A stretch of 64,000 nucleotides of DNA from Candidatus Doudnabacteria bacterium. Its GTDB lineage: Bacteria > Patescibacteriota > Doudnabacteria > UBA920 > O2-02-FULL-48-8. Below are positions 1-9,675 of the stretch, piece by piece. A model generated the notes under the pieces. It saw only the letters and a program-made list of their open reading frames with translations, was not told where the DNA came from and ran no database searches. Every line of letters begins with the position of its first letter. The first letter of the stretch is position 1. The translations under genes were made by a program, and so were the position numbers. The stretch covers positions 66,214-130,213 of the forward strand of contig JBDTSL010000001.1 in the NCBI GenBank assembly GCA_039931165.1, read 5' to 3'.

Positions 1-289
1 TCGCTAAATTGGCTATTCCTTCCGGTTTCAAGCTTTCTAAAAACCATTTTATATATGGACCGGGCAGTTTATCTTTGAGGCATTCCAGATATAAAGAAGT
101 ATCTTCCACAATTATATTGGTTTCCGAATTAGTCAGCGCTTCCTGCAGTTTATGGCGTATGATTTTGTGGGCATCCAGGGACTGGATTTCGGCCAGATCC
201 ACGTCTAATTGTTCTACTTCGACCGGGGACAGCATTTTTTTCACTTCTTCCAGTTTATTCGCATTGCCGGTGATAAATTTTACTTTCAT
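1..289 (-). CDS. rdgB: Non-canonical purine NTP pyrophosphatase (Ham1/ITPase family), N-terminal ~96 aa; the gene runs past the window start
   Basis: Manual minus-strand translation from ATG at 287-289: MKVKFITGNANKLEEV...IVEDTSLYLECLKDKLPGPYIKWF. Matches Ham1/ITPA motifs. Absent from the ORF track because the window edge truncates it. Confidence 0.75.
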   Translation of the reverse strand, partial: MKVKFITGNANKLEEVKKMLSPVEVEQLDVDLAEIQSLDAHKIIRHKLQEALTNSETNIIVEDTSLYLECLKDKLPGPYIKWFLESLKPEGIANLA

Positions 290-843
290 CAGAGCCCTAT
301 CTCCTGAGCATTCTCTTTCATGGCCTGAAGAGAAATTTCCACCAATTCCGGCAGATCCATATTAATGTATTCTTTACAGAGCATTATAATCTCACGGTTG
401 ACTCCGGCGGCGAAACTTTTTTGCTTGAATTTTTTCAGGACCGATTCCGCAGAGACAGAGGCCAATTTTTTGTTCGGCTGGACCAGAGCAGCAGCCGTGA
501 TCAATCCCGATAATTCCTCCACACAATACAAAGTTTTTTCCAGAAGAGTTTCCGGTTTTATCTCATGGGCCCAGTTGTGGACGTAAATTGCGTTAATAAT
601 TTCGGGTTTCAGATCGGTTTTCTCCAAAATTTCTTTAGAAACCTTCGTATGATTCTTAAAATCGTCTTTCGTTTTTTCCCAATCCAAGTCATGGAGCATG
701 CCGGCCAATTCCCAGTCGTCCTGATTTTCGCCAAATTTGCCGGCCAAAGCCCTCATAATAAATCCCACTGCCAGATTGTGCCGGATCAGGTTCTGGTTGG
801 TAATATGCTCGCTTAAAAGCTTAACTGCTTCATTTCTTGTCAT
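289..843 (-). CDS. HD-domain phosphohydrolase (HDIG-like)
   Basis: 184-aa ORF with an HD-type motif region (GMLHDLDW). A 1-nt stop/start overlap with the downstream Ham1 gene suggests translational coupling. Confidence 0.6.
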   Translation of the reverse strand: MTRNEAVKLLSEHITNQNLIRHNLAVGFIMRALAGKFGENQDDWELAGMLHDLDWEKTKDDFKNHTKVSKEILEKTDLKPEIINAIYVHNWAHEIKPETLLEKTLYCVEELSGLITAAALVQPNKKLASVSAESVLKKFKQKSFAAGVNREIIMLCKEYINMDLPELVEISLQAMKENAQEIGL

Positions 844-2302
844 CTTCTTCTTTCATAGGAGGAAATACCACTGTTTCGCGCAAAGATTTATCCATCAACA
901 CGGCAAACACGCGCTCGCTCATGCCAAAACCCACAGCCGGCGGCATGCCGTATTCCAGAGCTTCGACATAATCCGCGTCCAGCATCTGGGCTTCCTTATC
1001 CCCGGCTTCGCGCAATTTCATTTGCTCCATAAAACGCATCAGCTGATATTGCGGGTCATTCACTTCGGAGAAACCATTGCCCAGTTCGGATTTGCCGGCC
1101 ACAACCTGGAAGCGTAGAACTTTTTTGGGATTTTCGGGGTCCATTTTTGCCAAAGGAGAAATTTCCACGGGGTGTCCTACCAGAAAACACGGCTGAACCA
1201 GTTTCTGGCGCACGGTTTTTTTATAGATAGCGTCGATCATACGCCCTTTGCCGTAATTTTTATTGTAAGACACTTTCAATTCCTGGGCTTTTTTTATCAC
1301 ATCTTCAAAAGACGCCGAATTCAAATCCAATCCGGTTTCTTTTTTAAAAACATCGAAATAATCTACGCGCGGCCAGGCCTTGCCCCAGTTGAGCTTGTGC
1401 CCTTCATATTCCGTTTCCATGCCGCCCGCCACATTCTTGACAATTTTTTTATAAAGTTTTTCCACCAGTTCCATCCCTTTTTCATGGTCCGAATAAGCCC
1501 AATAAAATTCCATGTCATCGTATTCCTGCAGATGCTCGCGGTCGATGCCTTCGTTGCGGAACAGCCGGCCGATCTCGAACACTTTTTCAAATCCGCCGAC
1601 CAGCATCCGTTTCAGAGGAAGTTCCAGCGAGATCCGCAAATAAAAATCCCTGTCCAGAGCATTGTGGTGAGTGACGAACGGTTCGGCATCAGCTCCTCCC
1701 GGGATATTTTCTAAAACCGGCGTCCAAACTTCCAAAAAATCTTCCTCAACCATAAAATTTCTGACTGTCTGCCAAAAAACCGCTTTTTTTCTGAATAATT
1801 CGCGAGTGTCCGGATTGGCGATCATATCCAGATATCTTTTGCGCAGTTTGGTCTCAGTATCCTTCAGACCAAAATAATTTTGCGGGACAGGGCGGAGTGA
1901 TTTGGTCAGCAACGAGCAGTTGGTGGTTTCCAAAGTCTTTTCTCCTGTCTTTGACAACGTCAGGGTGCCTGTGACTTGAATAAAATCGCCGATGTCAATA
2001 AGCTCGTTGAATTCTTTAAATGCTTTTTCTCCCAGCGCGTCATTGCGCAATAAAAACTGAATGGCCCCGCTGCCATCTTCAAGGTTGCCGAAAGTCAGTT
2101 TTCCGTGCGTGCGGATCGAGCGGATTCTGCCGGCGAGCGTGATTGCCGGCTTGGAACCTGCCAAACTTTCAAACTTTTCAACGGCTTCGGCGATCGTATG
2201 AGTCCGCCCCGTGTGGACAGGATACGGGTCAATCCCGTCTTTTTTAAGCTGTTCAAGTTTAAGGATGCGAACTTGCCGTAATTCTTCGATTTTTTCGGTC
2301 AT
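830..2302 (-). CDS. lysS: Lysyl-tRNA synthetase, class II
   Basis: 505-aa ORF carrying class II motifs (FRNEGIDREHLQEYDDMEFYWAY, GGADAEPF...). Start chosen at MTEKIEEL. Confidence 0.9.
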   Translation of the reverse strand: MTEKIEELRQVRILKLEQLKKDGIDPYPVHTGRTHTIAEAVEKFESLAGSKPAITLAGRIRSIRTHGKLTFGNLEDGSGAIQFLLRNDALGEKAFKEFNELIDIGDFIQVTGTLTLSKTGEKTLETTNCSLLTKSLRPVPQNYFGLKDTETKLRKRYLDMIANPDTRELFRKKAVFWQTVRNFMVEEDFLEVWTPVLENIPGGADAEPFVTHHNALDRDFYLRISLELPLKRMLVGGFEKVFEIGRLFRNEGIDREHLQEYDDMEFYWAYSDHEKGMELVEKLYKKIVKNVAGGMETEYEGHKLNWGKAWPRVDYFDVFKKETGLDLNSASFEDVIKKAQELKVSYNKNYGKGRMIDAIYKKTVRQKLVQPCFLVGHPVEISPLAKMDPENPKKVLRFQVVAGKSELGNGFSEVNDPQYQLMRFMEQMKLREAGDKEAQMLDADYVEALEYGMPPAVGFGMSERVFAVLMDKSLRETVVFPPMKEEDDKK

Positions 2303-2353
2303 TTGATTGCATTTACTAGTCCATATTATACCATAAAAAAGCGCCAAATAAAA

Positions 2354-3052
2354 CTATTTTGACAAATATTCTTTACGCCTTTTTTCCGGAAACCTTTCAA
2401 TAGCATAACGCAAGGCAGTCCTGGGCATTTGGCGGCGATATTTATCCAAAAATTTCACCAGAACTTTTTCATCTCTTTTGCCGACTTCTCGCAACATCCA
2501 GCCTACGGCTTTATGGATCAGGTCGTGCCTGTCTTCCAGAAGCATTTTGGCGATCTCCAAAGTTTTGGCAAATGAATGGCGGTAAATAAACTGATAGGTG
2601 GCTACTATCGCGATCCTCCGCTCCCAAATATTTTTCGATCTGGCCAGCTTATTCAAAATATCTTTGGGCTTGTCATGCAAGTACGCCCCGACTATTTTTG
2701 GAGCGGACAGGTCCACCAGGTCCCAATTGTTCACAAACCTAGTGGAATTCAAATAAAATCGATAGATCCTGGCCTTCTCGGATTGTTTGGCTTTCTGGAA
2801 ATTATGAACCAAGATCAGAAGCGCGATCAACCGCTGTTCGTGATATTTTGACTTGAGTAGCAAATTAATCTCTGCCAAACTAGAACCTGCGTGCTTTTTG
2901 GCCAAAATCCGGGACGCAGGAACCCTGATCCCCATAAACACATCGCCTTCCGCATATCCCCCTCTCCCGGTCTTGAAATATCGCTGCATAAACTTAGCTT
3001 GAGGCGGATCGGCCTGTTTTTTTATTTCCCGGCGAAGGGATGACAGTGACAT
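2354..3052 (-). CDS. DNA alkylation repair protein (AlkD-like HEAT-repeat family)
   Basis: Whole-length resemblance to the AlkD/DNA alkylation repair enzyme family. Start chosen at MSLSSLRREIKK. Confidence 0.55.
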   Translation of the reverse strand: MSLSSLRREIKKQADPPQAKFMQRYFKTGRGGYAEGDVFMGIRVPASRILAKKHAGSSLAEINLLLKSKYHEQRLIALLILVHNFQKAKQSEKARIYRFYLNSTRFVNNWDLVDLSAPKIVGAYLHDKPKDILNKLARSKNIWERRIAIVATYQFIYRHSFAKTLEIAKMLLEDRHDLIHKAVGWMLREVGKRDEKVLVKFLDKYRRQMPRTALRYAIERFPEKRRKEYLSK

Positions 3053-3054
3053 GG

Positions 3055-3987
3055 TCACTTTATCCCGCACAATTTTTTGACCGCGGAAATATCATCGGTT
3101 GTCAGCTTGTCATTTTTTCCCTGGTTCAGATAGTACATAATCGCCGCGGGATCAGTCACAATATGCTCCAACCCCAAGGCATGACCGAGCTCGTGGGCCA
3201 GAACGCGGATCAGTTTATACTGATCGTCGAATTCGTAGATGTCGATCTGCTGGCCTGATGAATCGGACTTGTACAGCCCTTCTTCAAACTCATTCCCCAG
3301 CGATGAGCCGACAGTGTTGTATTGCGATACGTTCAAATTCAGCGCGGTCCCAAGCCTGTTAAGCGTGCTGGCCAAGGCATTGATCTGGTCCACTAAAGCG
3401 TTGAATTGTTCCTTTTCCCGGTTGAGGGCTACGGCATCGGCGTTGAGCTGGCTGCGCTGCGCGTTTAACTGCGCTACAATGCCGGGGCTCGCACCGCCTT
3501 TGCTGTTCCAATAATTCACCTGCTGCTCGTAATTTTTACGGCGCTCCTCATAACTTGCGATATGGGCATCCAGTTGTTTTTTGAGCGAACCGTAATCGGC
3601 GCTTAAAGTATCATAGCGCTTCTTCAGGTTTTCGTAAGAGGATTTGGAATCATCAATAGTCAAACCCAGCGCCCTTAGCTTGTCGGTTGCTTCCTGCCGG
3701 TAATCATAAATTAAATTAATCTTCAGCCGGCCGTTTGGAGAATACCGGAACAGATCCTTGTCGACCGCTGCGTCCCAAATGCCCGCGGCCTGATTGATGT
3801 CGGCCAGAAACTTCTCCTCTGTAACGCCGAACTTTGGGTCAATACTGCCGATTGAATAGGTAATTGGGCTTAAGCAAGGTTTGAAAAACAGGTTTAGGTT
3901 CTTTGTTTGGGAGTAAAAAGAAAGACCAGCAATAACAAGCAAGGCAAAAATAGATAATTTGAGAAAATTAGCTTTGGTCAGGTTCAT
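3055..3987 (-). CDS. Membrane-anchored/secreted zinc metalloprotease (matrixin-like)
   Basis: N-terminal hydrophobic anchor, central coiled-coil and a C-terminal HELGHALGLEH (HExxHxxGxxH) zinc site. Confidence 0.7.
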   Translation of the reverse strand: MNLTKANFLKLSIFALLVIAGLSFYSQTKNLNLFFKPCLSPITYSIGSIDPKFGVTEEKFLADINQAAGIWDAAVDKDLFRYSPNGRLKINLIYDYRQEATDKLRALGLTIDDSKSSYENLKKRYDTLSADYGSLKKQLDAHIASYEERRKNYEQQVNYWNSKGGASPGIVAQLNAQRSQLNADAVALNREKEQFNALVDQINALASTLNRLGTALNLNVSQYNTVGSSLGNEFEEGLYKSDSSGQQIDIYEFDDQYKLIRVLAHELGHALGLEHIVTDPAAIMYYLNQGKNDKLTTDDISAVKKLCGIK

Positions 3988-4092
3988 GTCAGGTTAAATA
4001 TAACGAGGAAAAAACAATAAGGCAATTTTTTGACTTTTGGCCGCCAATTGGATAAAATTTTATCAGAAGCCGAACATCAAGGGGGAGCGAAA

Positions 4093-4491
4093 ATGAAGAG
4101 TGAGATCATCAAGCCGACTCTCTCGCACGCGATCTCTGTCGAACGGCACACATTTGAGCGGTTCAGAGAAGTGAGAACCTGGGCCGAGGCGTTTGACCAA
4201 GTCGGACTGCTCTTTCTTCAGAAAGAACGCCGTCTGCTCTACATGATATCGCGAAGCGAGATCGGGAAGCGGGAACCGGTCAGATACGAATTGGTGGACA
4301 TGTGTCAGATCCATGAGCTGGAAGATTCCTGCCAAGATACTGTCACGGCAGTCAAATTCCAGGTCATGGACATAGAAACCAAGGAACAGGTAAGTTCCAT
4401 CGACCAGACTTTGGTCCGGGCCATCGTCCTGGTCTACATGTGCCACGACGAGTGGTTCACCGATCTGGACCTGGCTCAACTCGAGTTTTGA
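4093..4491 (+). CDS. Hypothetical protein on a plus-strand island, GC-richer than its neighbours
   Basis: ORF with a strong SD (GGGGGAG) 7 nt upstream of ATG at 4093. Followed by an intrinsic terminator. No family recognised. Confidence 0.5.
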   Translation: MKSEIIKPTLSHAISVERHTFERFREVRTWAEAFDQVGLLFLQKERRLLYMISRSEIGKREPVRYELVDMCQIHELEDSCQDTVTAVKFQVMDIETKEQVSSIDQTLVRAIVLVYMCHDEWFTDLDLAQLEF

Positions 4492-4517
4492 CAAACCGCG
4501 TACTATGCCGAATCACC

Positions 4518-4550
4518 GACCGCAAACAGAGCTTGCGGTCTTTTCTTTTT
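4518..4550 (+). terminator. Rho-independent terminator (GACCGCAA-loop-TTGCGGTC + TTTTCTTTTT)
   Basis: 8-bp perfect stem followed by a T-run directly after the plus-strand ORF. The A-run on the other side may also let it serve the convergent msrA. Confidence 0.7.
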
Positions 4551-4551
4551 G

Positions 4552-5112
4552 CTAAACTGTTTCAGGTTTCAGGAGCGGAGCAAATTTTGCCCGCAATTTG
4601 GAAATTTTAGGGTTGATGACAAATTGGCAATAAGCCTTATTTTTATTTTGTTCATAATACCGCTGATGATAGCTTTCCGCCGGCCAAAATTTGTCCAAAG
4701 CGGCAACTTCGGTCACGATTGGATCATCAAAAACTTCTTCATCTTCCAATTTTTTGATAAATGCTTCGGCTTCTTTTTTTTGTTCTGCTGTCATATAAAA
4801 AACCGCGGAACGATACTGCTCGCCGACATCCTCGCCCTGCCGGTTCAGAGTCGTCGGGTCATGCAAGGCAAAAAAAACATTCAAAAGGTCGGAATATTTT
4901 ACATTCCCGGGATCAAATTCAACCTTGATCGCTTCCGCATGCCCGGTATTTCCAATGGACACCTGTTCATAAGTGGGATTTTGGGTGTGTCCGCCGGTGT
5001 AGCCGGATTCGACCGATTCCACACCTTTCAATCTCACAAAAACCGCCTCCGTGCACCAAAAACAACCACCTCCAAAAACGGCAACCTCAAGTTTATTTTT
5101 TTTATCAATCAT
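4552..5112 (-). CDS. msrA: Peptide methionine sulfoxide reductase MsrA
   Basis: GGGCFWC active-site motif and family-wide similarity. Confidence 0.9.
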   Translation of the reverse strand: MIDKKNKLEVAVFGGGCFWCTEAVFVRLKGVESVESGYTGGHTQNPTYEQVSIGNTGHAEAIKVEFDPGNVKYSDLLNVFFALHDPTTLNRQGEDVGEQYRSAVFYMTAEQKKEAEAFIKKLEDEEVFDDPIVTEVAALDKFWPAESYHQRYYEQNKNKAYCQFVINPKISKLRAKFAPLLKPETV

Positions 5113-5122
5113 AATATTTACT

Positions 5123-5830
5123 TCAGAATCTTAAATAATTATTCCAATAATCATAAAGCTCCTTGGTCGCGAATAGATCTCCCGCGTTGTATTTTGCCAA
5201 ATCAACAAACTGCTTTTCTTTAAACATCCGGCCGACATCATCGCCGGAAATCCCGTCCGACTTCGGGCTTTTGATGCCGAACGCCCTGGAATATAAATGC
5301 AGGCTGCCTTTCCGCCGCGCCGCGCCGTAAAAAGACAGCTGGTCCATGAGGTCGATATGCTGGCTTTTTTTCTGCTGATAGAGGTAGCGCCCTTCCATCA
5401 GGTCTCTGGTCGGCTTGATCTTATGAATAGCGGAACGGATGGCCAAGAAAGGAGCATCGAACCCCCGGCCGTTGAAACTTATAAACTCCTGATATTTCAG
5501 AGCGCCTTTCCAGAAATTTTCAAGCATCTCTTTTTCGGTCATCTGTTTGTATTTGATCCCGTTTTCTTCAAATTCAGCGATGGTTTCTCCAGGAGCCTGG
5601 AAATAGACGCACCCTTGATTTTTATCGAAATCCAAAACCCCGATCGCCACGATCTGGCCGGTAAGAGGAGAAAACCCCAGGCCATTTTTCAGATCTTCAA
5701 GTGCTGCCCCGTACTCCGTGTCCGAATCCGATTCTTTTTTTATCCAACGGGTTAAAACTTCTTGCGTCGTCTCGTCAAGCTGGTCAAAATTCTCGCCGAC
5801 AGTTTCGATATCGAAAATCAATTTAGGCAT
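5123..5830 (-). CDS. RNase H-like 3'-5' exonuclease (PolB-exonuclease-domain-like, DEDD)
   Basis: N-terminal FDIET acidic motif, later YNAGD motif; 235 aa. Confidence 0.55.
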   Translation of the reverse strand: MPKLIFDIETVGENFDQLDETTQEVLTRWIKKESDSDTEYGAALEDLKNGLGFSPLTGQIVAIGVLDFDKNQGCVYFQAPGETIAEFEENGIKYKQMTEKEMLENFWKGALKYQEFISFNGRGFDAPFLAIRSAIHKIKPTRDLMEGRYLYQQKKSQHIDLMDQLSFYGAARRKGSLHLYSRAFGIKSPKSDGISGDDVGRMFKEKQFVDLAKYNAGDLFATKELYDYWNNYLRF

Positions 5831-5911
5831 AGGGTTGTATTGTACGCTGCTTTAATACTATTATTAATAACATTTTAACCGCAATCTAACAAGGTGGAAA
5901 CCTGGAAACTA

Positions 5912-5940
5912 TTAAACCAGTCTTGCCAGTTCCGGTTTTT
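5912..5940 (+). promoter_or_regulatory. Sigma70-like promoter (TTGCCA-17-TATGAT) for the plus-strand ORF
   Basis: -35/-10 hexamers with 17-nt spacing about 40 nt upstream of ATG at 5982. Confidence 0.4.
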
Positions 5941-5981
5941 TGCGCTATGATATAAGGCTGGTTTTCAATAGGAGGAAGAGA

Positions 5982-6449
5982 ATGGATCGTGAAGTGTTCG
6001 GTAAACAGGTTGACATCTACCTCAACGAACGGCCATGTGGCGATGCTGCCTCGGCCAAATTAGCGCTTGTGGCGCTATATGACTTTATCCTGACCAGGGC
6101 GCATATCGCTCTGGCACATCCAGGAGACCCGGCAACCTGGGACGAGATGTGTTACTTGGTCCTGCAGACCATGGGACGGTCGCCATTGCGCCTCATCTTG
6201 CTGGCGCTAACCAAGGACGATCTGAAGCCGATTCGCGCCGCGGCCAAATACAATCTGGCCCTAACCTCGCAGGGCTTCGAGAATGACCCGGAAGCTCTCA
6301 TGGGGGACGGGATAAATTTCCGGGTCGTGCAGTCCGGAAAAGCCGAGAAATTACTTTCGGAAATTGCCACAAGCCCGCTGGTGAAGCGCGCGGTGGCCGA
6401 ATGGGAAAAGTCTAATCCCAATCCCACTCCCACTCTCGGCGAGGAGTAG
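5982..6449 (+). CDS. Hypothetical protein, plus-strand and GC-richer
   Basis: SD AGGAGGAAG upstream of ATG at 5982. A terminator follows. No family recognised. Confidence 0.5.
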   Translation: MDREVFGKQVDIYLNERPCGDAASAKLALVALYDFILTRAHIALAHPGDPATWDEMCYLVLQTMGRSPLRLILLALTKDDLKPIRAAAKYNLALTSQGFENDPEALMGDGINFRVVQSGKAEKLLSEIATSPLVKRAVAEWEKSNPNPTPTLGEE

Positions 6450-6480
6450 GAAAAAAATACGGATTCACGAAAAAGTTTAA

Positions 6481-6508
6481 GCCTTGCAGCAACTGCAAGG
6501 CTTTTTTT
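6481..6508 (+). terminator. Rho-independent terminator (GCCTTGCAG-CAA-CTGCAAGGC + T7)
   Basis: 9-bp perfect stem plus a T-run. Sits between two convergent genes. Confidence 0.75.
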
Positions 6509-6533
6509 ATTTATTTAACTCTTTTCAAAATTA

Positions 6534-7022
6534 CTAATAATCTCGTTTATTTTTGAATTTCTGTACTACTGTGTATACCGCGATCAATGATAGCAAAAAC
6601 ATGATCGAACCATAAATGCACGGAGACTGCCAGGGGCTGGTAATCACTTTGGAAGTGCAGCCGACAATGCCTTTAGGGCTTTGGCTGAACTGATAAAGCT
6701 CATATCCCACATTCACCCAGCCGAATATGGTCGAAGCAAACAGCAGCCACATCAATTTGATGTAGGAACCGGAAATATTTTCGCGGTCAAGCGCGCGGTA
6801 AAGATAGATTGCCCAGACCAAGCAGATCAAAAACGCAATGGCCCCGTAAAAACAAGGAGTGGTCACGGGATTTGGGAACAAGCAATTTTGGATTTTAAAC
6901 AGCGTGCCTTCGTTGTTATAAAACCGGACAAAACTTTGCAGAACCGTGGTCCACGAAATTCCCACACCCACAATCAAAAACGCCATCAAACATAAAATGT
7001 ATGTTCGAATTGTTCTGGTCAT
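6534..7022 (-). CDS. Integral membrane protein with an internally duplicated C-x(9-12)-P-C-[FI]-Y-G motif; possible thiol-disulfide oxidoreductase
   Basis: 4-5 predicted TM helices. Two Cys pairs (NCLFPNPVTTPCFYG and GCTSKVITSPWQSPCIYG) in predicted loops. Confidence 0.45.
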   Translation of the reverse strand: MTRTIRTYILCLMAFLIVGVGISWTTVLQSFVRFYNNEGTLFKIQNCLFPNPVTTPCFYGAIAFLICLVWAIYLYRALDRENISGSYIKLMWLLFASTIFGWVNVGYELYQFSQSPKGIVGCTSKVITSPWQSPCIYGSIMFLLSLIAVYTVVQKFKNKRDY

Positions 7023-7025
7023 TAT

Positions 7026-7502
7026 TTATTTATTTAATTGCCAAATGGAATAGTTCAGATAAGCGACAAAACAGGTCCATACAAAATACGGGACCAATAC
7101 TATTGCCGCCAAGACGGAAATCGGGAAGATTAATAGGATCAGCGCCAACACCGATAATGCCAATGCTCCCGCTTCCAACACTGCGTAGCCTACCATGTGC
7201 AGAAAGAAAAAAATAAAACTCCAAAACACGTTCATAAGCGCGTTAAGGGTGAACATCACGATGATAAAATTAAAAACCGTTTCTTCGTGAAGAACCGCAT
7301 TTGTATTCCACACGATCAACACTGAGATCGTGGCCAGGATATAAATAACGGCCCAGACCGTTCCGATCACCTGGCCCGCGGGGCTGAACGACGGAAGCTT
7401 AAGGGATTTATACCATTTTTTCAGTCCGGCGCTGGTGAAATAGTCCCCTGTCATGGCCACAAGAAGCGCGATCAAAGGAATAAAGAAATAATTTATTTTC
7501 AT
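7026..7502 (-). CDS. tspO: TspO/MBR family tryptophan-rich sensory protein
   Basis: WYKSLKLPSFSPAGQVIGTVWAVIYIL motif and five TM segments. Start chosen at MKINYFF. Confidence 0.75.
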   Translation of the reverse strand: MKINYFFIPLIALLVAMTGDYFTSAGLKKWYKSLKLPSFSPAGQVIGTVWAVIYILATISVLIVWNTNAVLHEETVFNFIIVMFTLNALMNVFWSFIFFFLHMVGYAVLEAGALALSVLALILLIFPISVLAAIVLVPYFVWTCFVAYLNYSIWQLNK

Positions 7503-7548
7503 TTTTGTTATTAGTCTGTCTTGAGTATACTCCGCCGTGTCCACGCGG

Positions 7549-7746
7549 TCAAAGAATATTTTGCACGCGGCCGACCTGCCCGTCTTCAAGACGGACTTTT
7601 ATTCCATGCGGATGGGACGCGGAACCGGTTAAAATCTCGGCAACTATGCCGCGGGTCAGCGCTCCGGTTCCCTGGTCTGCTTTCAGTACGATTTCCACTT
7701 CTATCCCCGGTTTGATGGCATCCCTATTCTGGCCATTCATAAGCAT
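7549..7746 (-). CDS. YwbE-family small protein (DUF2196)
   Basis: 65 aa with GIVAEILTGSASHPHGIKVRLEDGQVGRV, characteristic of the YwbE family. Confidence 0.6.
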   Translation of the reverse strand: MLMNGQNRDAIKPGIEVEIVLKADQGTGALTRGIVAEILTGSASHPHGIKVRLEDGQVGRVQNIL

Positions 7747-7774
7747 TACTCATGCATAAAAGAAAGGCGCTGAT

Positions 7775-8236
7775 TTATTTTATATCAGTGATCTCGTACA
7801 TGGTCTTGCCTGCCGGAGTGTCCACAGGGATCTTATCGCCTTTTTTGGCGCCCAGTATGCTGCGGCCGACGAGTGACTCATTGGAAATTTTACCGGCTGC
7901 CGGGTTAGCTTCGTTTGCCCCGACTATCGTATATTTCAGATCGGTGCCATTGACGCGGAGCAAAACCGTGGAGCCGATCGAGACCATGCCGTTGTTTTCG
8001 CTGGGGGCGATGATCTGGGCGTTCTTGACCATTTCTTCCAATTCCTGGATGCGGCCTTCGATGAACGCCTGCTCCTCCTTGGCTTGCGCGTAATCCGCGT
8101 TTTCCGAAAGATCGCCGTGCGAGACGGCTTCCTGGATGCGCTCAACGACTTCCTTACGCTTGTCTTCTTTCAAAACCTTTAATTCGTCCTGGAGTTTCTT
8201 CAGCCCGTCTTTTGTAAGCAATACCGCTTTACTCAT
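7775..8236 (-). CDS. greA: Transcription elongation factor GreA
   Basis: N-terminal coiled-coil plus C-terminal FKBP-like domain. Family-wide similarity. Confidence 0.9.
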   Translation of the reverse strand: MSKAVLLTKDGLKKLQDELKVLKEDKRKEVVERIQEAVSHGDLSENADYAQAKEEQAFIEGRIQELEEMVKNAQIIAPSENNGMVSIGSTVLLRVNGTDLKYTIVGANEANPAAGKISNESLVGRSILGAKKGDKIPVDTPAGKTMYEITDIK

Positions 8237-8291
8237 GTTTTTATATCTTTATAAAGGTCCAAATTGAACCTTCGATTAATACGCCAGCAAT

Positions 8292-8320
8292 ATATTAAGA
8301 GATATGGACCGCTTTGTCAA
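8292..8320 (-). promoter_or_regulatory. Sigma70-like promoter for greA (TTGACA-17-TAATAT on the minus strand)
   Basis: The minus strand reads TTGACAaagcggtccatatctctTAATAT about 55 nt upstream of greA's ATG. Confidence 0.45.
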
Positions 8321-8397
8321 CTAGAAAACGTATAACGCATAACGCGAAACGTGTAACGTAAAAAAACATCTTAAAGTTTTACGTTCCAAATTACACG

Positions 8398-9675
8398 TTA
8401 CACGATTAAGAACCAAATTACCAGTATACCGGCTACGGTCATCAGGGCCGTGATCAGCCAGCCAAGTATTGTGACAAACGGATGATTGGTCCATTCCTTC
8501 ATGACCTTGCGGTCGGAAGACAAAAGCACGATCACACCGAGGATAAATGGCGAGATCAGGCCGTTAAGCACTGCCGAATAGATCAGCATCCTGATGACAT
8601 CCAAATGCAAAAAATTCATGGCAAGGCCGATGATCATGGAAACCGCGATCACTCCGTAAAAAGCATGGGCCTGCTTGAATTTCCGATATAGGCCTTCACG
8701 CCAGTGGAAACTTTCGGAAATAGCATATGACGAGGAACCGGCCAGAACCGGAACCGCCAAAAACCCGGTTCCTAGGATCCCCAAAGTAAACAAAAGGTAA
8801 GACATCCGGCCGGCCAGTGGCTTGAGAGCGGCTGCCGCTCCTGCCGCATCCTTGATGTCGGTCATTCCGTGAGAAAAAAGCGTGGCCGCGCAGACGGCGA
8901 TGATAAAAAACATAACAAGGTTGGATAAAAACATTCCTCCCCAGACATCCACGCGCATTCGGCGGATGTCCTCGGGCGAAGTTTCAATTTCGCGTTTTTT
9001 TATCGTCGTTTTCCCCTCCATGATCTGCTCTTCCACTTCCTGCGAAGTTTGCCAGAAAAAAAGATATGGTGAAATAGTCGTTCCCAACACCGCGATGAGC
9101 AGGATCAAAGATTGTTTGTTAAAGATAATTGTCGGAACAATCAGATGTTTAAGCGCATCTGCCCAGTCAATGCGCACGATCAGTCCGGATAAAACATAAG
9201 AAAGCAAAGTTAATGCCAGCCATTTCAAAACTCTGGCATAAGATTTATACGCCGTAAAAATCTGCAGATATAAACTTATGACCGCAAACCCGATCACCAG
9301 CACCGAAAAATTTATGGGTACCAACAGCCGCAAAGCTTCGGCCATGATACCCAGATCCGCTCCGATATTGAATGTATTGGCGATGAACAATAACCCGGCG
9401 CAGGTATACAAAACCCATTTGGAATTATGCCGGCCAATAGCGCCAGCCAGCCCCCGTCCGGTCACAACCCCGATGCGCGCGCACATCTCCTGAACGATGG
9501 CCATCAGCGGAAATGTCAGCAGAGCTGTCCATAAAAAATTAAACCCATACGCGGCCCCCGCCTGTGAATAAGTAGCGATCCCTGACGGGTCATCATCGGC
9601 GGCGCCGGTGGTCAACCCAGGCCCGAGCATGTTCCAGTAGTCGTACACGCTCCGCCTGTTCTCACTTTTCGCCAT
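8398..9675 (-). CDS. mntH: Nramp-family divalent metal (Mn2+/Fe2+) transporter
   Basis: GPGLTTGAADDDPSGIATYSQAGA Nramp signature and about 11 TM segments. Confidence 0.85.
   Translation of the reverse strand: MAKSENRRSVYDYWNMLGPGLTTGAADDDPSGIATYSQAGAAYGFNFLWTALLTFPLMAIVQEMCARIGVVTGRGLAGAIGRHNSKWVLYTCAGLLFIANTFNIGADLGIMAEALRLLVPINFSVLVIGFAVISLYLQIFTAYKSYARVLKWLALTLLSYVLSGLIVRIDWADALKHLIVPTIIFNKQSLILLIAVLGTTISPYLFFWQTSQEVEEQIMEGKTTIKKREIETSPEDIRRMRVDVWGGMFLSNLVMFFIIAVCAATLFSHGMTDIKDAAGAAAALKPLAGRMSYLLFTLGILGTGFLAVPVLAGSSSYAISESFHWREGLYRKFKQAHAFYGVIAVSMIIGLAMNFLHLDVIRMLIYSAVLNGLISPFILGVIVLLSSDRKVMKEWTNHPFVTILGWLITALMTVAGILVIWFLIV

Noticed and set aside
1172-1714. Numerous 60-220-aa ORFs antisense to or out of frame with strong housekeeping genes (e.g. 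1172-1714, 11379-12050, 22591-23166, 30074-30607, 31351-31902, 52049-52588, 58359-58970)
   Set aside because: They are fully embedded in well-supported conserved genes on the other strand or frame, and their low-complexity compositions are typical of shadow ORFs.
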